From Penicillus capitatus (lineage: Eukaryota > Plantae > Chlorophyta): a DNA stretch of 64,000 bases. Under the pieces are notes generated by a model. That model was not told the DNA's origin and ran no database searches. It saw only the letters and a list, made by a program, of their open reading frames with translations. Positions 60,286 to 64,000 of the stretch are shown here, one piece after another. Positions within the stretch are counted from its first letter, which is position 1, and every line of letters starts with the position of its first letter. Location of the stretch: assembly GCA_965649825.1 (NCBI GenBank), contig OZ287695.1:1159081-1223080 (forward strand). Reading direction: 5' to 3'. Position numbers and translations under genes: made by a program.

Positions 60286-61149
60286 ATGGACTCGTTAGTG
60301 TCGACGTCCTCCGATGTCTCAAACACTATCTTACCGCCTCCCAAGAAACGGTGGTCGGGAGCTTCGCCGCACAGTGTTCATGGTCCTTTGACCGCGACAT
60401 CGAACAAGGCATCCACGGCTGCGAAGTCCACTCGACAGAAACGCCCGTTCAGGACGCACTCTTGGAGAGTGGAAGAACCCAACAAAGACCCCGTCAATGA
60501 CCCGACGGCGTCAGAAGTCGACGTCGCCCAAACCCTCCTGCATCTGACGCCACGTCCTCAGAAGCGTCGTTGTCGTGGCCCTGTGGCCATTCCGCTGCTC
60601 CTGAAGCGGCCTGAAGGACTCCCGCCTCTCTACGGTACAGCCAAAGAAGTCGAAGCTGCCCGACCACCCGCAGCGATTCAGACCCAGCGGCCGCAGCCTT
60701 CAGGTAGGTCTTGTCATACCTATTGCCTGTGATGTGACGGCTGCATTTCAGGAAATGAGACAGCGACAGTGGCAGTGCCGATGCAGGTCCATCCAGCAAG
60801 GGTGGCGCATCTCGTTAACCGACCAACATTAACGAAGTCTGGGACATTGCTGCTCAATGCGCCCTACCTGCTGATTCCTGGAAATTCGCAAACCAGTCCA
60901 ATGGTGCTGACGGAACATCCGTTTCATCATAATCTGAACAACTTGCACGCAGCCGCCGGGAAGCTGACGGAATTGGTGCGACAAGGACAAATGCCGTCGC
61001 CTTTCTTGGCAAAGCTACGCAGCGAAGTGCCGCCGGCTGTGTTTCAACCCGAATTTCACAGAGAGATTGAACAAGTCCGAGTGGGAAAACGCGAGCGACT
61101 GCTGATCAAACCTCCCGTTCCCATCTTTACCAAAAAACAAACAACATAG
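60286..61149 (+). CDS. Hypothetical, largely disordered, probably nuclear protein
   Basis: Two ORFs joined by a phase-1 GT-AG intron (about 60703-60750). NLS-like PPPKKR and PQKRR, plus an AQTLLHL motif. Confidence 0.6.
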
Positions 61150-61366
61150 TCAGTCATTTGAGTTGTAAAGCAAAATCGATGATGAATCTCTAGAGACATG
61201 AAAAAACGGCGACGCGTTCGATGTCGTACTACCTCTATCTTCCAAATGGCGCCTGAGCCAAATAAACTCGAGAATGAGGACAAATAGAACATTCATTTAC
61301 ATACTAGACGCTCAAACTGCCTACGCTCATTGTTTTGCGAATTAAGCAAGATACACTTGACTATTC

Positions 61367-62131
61367 TCAAGGCAAATTTCCTCTCCCCTGTGTGAAATCG
61401 TGCTAGATATCACCACCTCGTCATGCCAGACCCAATGCGTCTATCTCTTACCTTGATGTCGAAAGTAAGGCGAATCTGTTCTGGCGGTATGCCTACGTAC
61501 GTTTCTAATGAAAGGTGAGCAGTATGTTTGAGATGTGTTACTTCTTAAAATAGTGGCTACTGTTCGACAGCACAGATCCAGTAGTGGACATATATCCAAA
61601 TAATCTGCAGCCTGTCACACAATTCTCACTCCTTTACCCCCACAGGATCGCATGCTTACCAAAATGAGATCGTAGAGAGTACTCTGATCGACACGCATGT
61701 ACTCGGTGTCGAAGATCTTGATTTGATTTTTGGTTTTTCGTTGTCTGCCATTACGACCCTTCGCTTCAGCCCAGGCATGAAACCTGCAGTACTCGAGGAC
61801 CTTGGACAGAATACTGCCTGCATAAGGGATGCCTCTTTACATCCCGTGCTCTCGCTGCAGAGTAGATGCAGTTTACCCTTGACATTGTACAGATGCACAG
61901 GCTGGTTTTCAACGTCCTGGATGTCTATGGAACGATTCACGTTAGGCATCCCGACGCTCAGGCTGTGGCTGGCTGACTGTTCAGCATCTTCGCTATCGTG
62001 CCGCTTAGAACGGCGACGTCTCTGTTAACCTCGACAGTATTATTGTCGGAAGAGACCAACGTGACCGTCTACGGAAAAATAATTCGGCGTGCCGCAACGG
62101 ATGGCAAGCGACGCACTGTTTCACTACTCAT
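61367..62131 (-). CDS. SKP1: Divergent SKP1-like protein (missed by the ORF track; seven exons)
   Basis: Spliced model reads MSSET|TVTLVSSD..VNRDVAVLSGTIAKML..LYNVK|GSILSKVLEYCRFH..FDTEYMRVDQSTLYDLIL|AADYLDICPLLDLCCRTVA..PEQIRLTFDIK|HDFT. Six GT-AG introns. Confidence 0.88.
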
Positions 62132-63315
62132 CTCCGTCTAGCCTGGATGACAAAGATGAACACAAAAACGAAGAAAACACGGAAGAATCGATGGCGTCGA
62201 AAGCGCGACGGTTTATCATGCCACGACACAATACGTGATGCGTTTCGTGGACGGCGGAATTGCCAGAGAGGCTGAAGGAGGAACGAAAGAGCGGAATCAT
62301 GGGTCGAGAAGTATCTCCTCGAACAATCGACGATTATGTCACTCACACTTTCGGAAATCGCCGAAACATATCCTCCATTACATTCCTATTCATCACACAC
62401 CATCCGACTGGCTTTCACTCAAGCGTCTTCCACATCTGTTGCTGTTCGGCTGACCTGATACCGGCAAGACTTCAGCGATACTGGCGGTGGCCCGATTCCT
62501 TTATGGATCTCATCAAGTCTGCCTTCCATGTTGTTAGAGAGACCAACGGCAGCGTTATTGCGCGGAGAAGATGGTGGTTGGAATTGGATGGTTCGGATGC
62601 TCGAGGAATCCACGTTCCGAGGCATGACGCATCGTCGCCGGCTCCCAGAAGATGATCAGCAGAAATTCCCTTGTTTGTGGTAGCCCATGATGGATATGTG
62701 AAATCACCGACCATGTGGTCGAGATTTGGGATGTGTGCAGCAAATGGGTCATGGAATGCAGTCACCAGTCAACCCGTTTCTATTTTAGGATCCCCTTGGG
62801 CAGAACCGATTTCCTACCTTGTTGCACACTCTTGCCTCGAAAGCGGTGTTTCTTGTCTGTTCAAAGGACAGGCAGGAGTCCTGCTTCATTGTTCGTTCGT
62901 TGTGCGCGAGGACCACCTTCAACGGTTGGTCGCGCCAACGTTTTGCACACGCAGTTACGCGCCTAAGCGCACGAAATCTGTCCCGAGACACGAAATTTGT
63001 CTAGGAACTGTTTCGACAGGCAGAAATAACCAGTCCCTTTTCAAAAGAATAGTTTTCCTGCAGCTCTTGCTGATGTGGCGTTAAACACTTTCTCACACGA
63101 TGCATAAGATCATCGTAAATACGACAGAGGGCATGGCATTCGGCGGAAGGATCGGTACGAGGCCACAATCGTTATTCCTTAGTGCTTAGCGGCATTTCCA
63201 CCGATGATCGCGAATTCTGCCATCCGTTATGGCCGTGACCGGAAGTTCATACACCCACCGCCAATGATGACCACTCATTCCCGCGGCCTTAGTCTGTGGA
63301 ATTGTGGTGGTGTGT

Positions 63316-63322
63316 TATAAAA
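63316..63322 (+). promoter_or_regulatory. Putative TATA box
   Basis: TATAAAA about 85 nt upstream of ATG 63405. Confidence 0.3.
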
Positions 63323-63404
63323 CGGTTCTCTGCCTCGAGGTCCTTCACTCCACCATTTACTTGTGCGGACTTTTCACTCTGGTTTTGTTGTTTCTACCTT
63401 CATC

Positions 63405-64000
63405 ATGAATTCGCCCTCGGCTTCGTCGCAGAATGTCCATGGGCAAGATTCGCGGGAGGTGCACTTCCGTGATACGAAGGCGCACACGACACGTTGTCCA
63501 CTCGCAGGTCGAAGAGCTGTGCTACGGCGAGCCTCTACAGGTCACGGACTCTCTTCTGAAGGCACTCAACGTAAAGCAATGCATTTCTCTCTCCGCACTT
63601 AAGAAGAAGCTGCCGGTTATCGGTGTCTAGTTGGACAAATATCACCGCAAGCTTCATCCATTCTACACAGGACGCCGTAAAAGGGATAGAATCTTCCCCT
63701 TTGCCAAGACGTTGCTGCGCAAATTCCATCGCAATGCGGACGGAGGTGCGCCAACGTATGCGGTCAATGAGATGTTTACACACTCCACGGTGTGTCTTAT
63801 CCGCGCACGCGGTCGGCGGACTCAGACAAGGACGATGCGTAGGTGCTCCCAACGTCCATGCTCAAAAAAATGAAACGCCGTGAACGCAAACGATGCATCG
63901 TAATGTTCAACCATGTTCGAGCTTGGACATCCTGTAGCAACGGCGAGCGAGATGTGGAGGAGAGAAACCGTGAACGGCAGTGTATTGACCAGATTGTTCG
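63405..64000 (+). CDS. Second MyTH4 (KCBP-like) gene, paralog of 52962-57159 (3' partial)
   Basis: Spliced model reads ..GEPLQVTDSLLKALN|LDKY..NEMFTHST|VLPTSMLKKMKRRERKRCIVMFNHVRAWTS. It aligns with AEPLEIPEALKSRLN|..AEMLSCIS|EPLPTSLLKMKRDERVFCVNMFNHVLRWTS. Confidence 0.8.

Noticed and set aside
62230-63090. Overlapping ORFs of 65-137 aa on both strands
   Set aside because: No frame shows a recognisable domain or convincing splice structure; left unannotated.
63264-63330. ATGATGA as a possible C box of a C/D snoRNA
   Set aside because: No CTGA D box or terminal stem at a suitable distance.
63571-63630. In-frame TAG between ORFs 63433-63630 and 63631-63873, suggesting readthrough or a pseudogene
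   Set aside because: The TAG is the 3' acceptor of a 60-nt GT-AG intron at the same position as an intron in the paralog.
1-64000. Non-standard genetic code (TAA/TAG = Gln, as in some ulvophytes)
   Set aside because: Conserved proteins end at TAA or TAG at the expected positions (GTG, RRP5, the LAMMER kinase, RRP46). Apparent internal stops all fall inside short introns.
1-64000. Prokaryotic systems, CRISPR arrays, tRNA, rRNA, snRNA and transposase or retroelement ORFs
   Set aside because: No direct-repeat/spacer array, cloverleaf, U-snRNA signature, RT/integrase/DDE motif, or long terminal (inverted) repeat was recognised by eye.

Overview
A gene-dense piece of a eukaryotic green-algal (chlorophyte) nuclear genome. 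Nuclear LHCA1 and PSAH with transit peptides, plus a CFAP69-like flagellar gene, support this. The standard genetic code is used. The expanded extracellular repeat proteins suggest a siphonous ulvophyte (Bryopsidales-like), but that is inference only. Genes are split by very short spliceosomal introns, mostly 40-65 nt, so the ORF track fragments almost every gene; I rebuilt the gene models by hand. Positions 1-36 kb are mostly housekeeping genes: a WD40/ankyrin TRP channel, GPR89/GTG, an NT-C2 protein, an alpha/beta hydrolase, a flavin reductase, LHCA1, RRP46, NAA50, a LAMMER kinase, CFAP69, OGFOD1/TPA1, a plastid GNAT, RPT2 and RRP5. Positions 36-57 kb are accessory-like: an orphan DPE1 5' fragment, a beta-helix/Cys-rich multi-TM receptor-like protein, a secreted triple-Kazal protein, a secreted serine protease fused to ankyrin repeats, and a KCBP-type MyTH4-FERM protein in which a degenerate kinase replaces the kinesin motor. 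A second, inverted paralog of that MyTH4-FERM gene starts at 63.4 kb. The most notable observations are the MyTH4-FERM-pseudokinase family, about 10% GC-AG introns with weak donors, a cryptic knottin-like peptide, the protease-ankyrin fusion built by exon-plus-intron duplication, extreme gene packing, and CGAT/TCGA-rich islands. All protein identifications come from recalled family motifs, not database searches.
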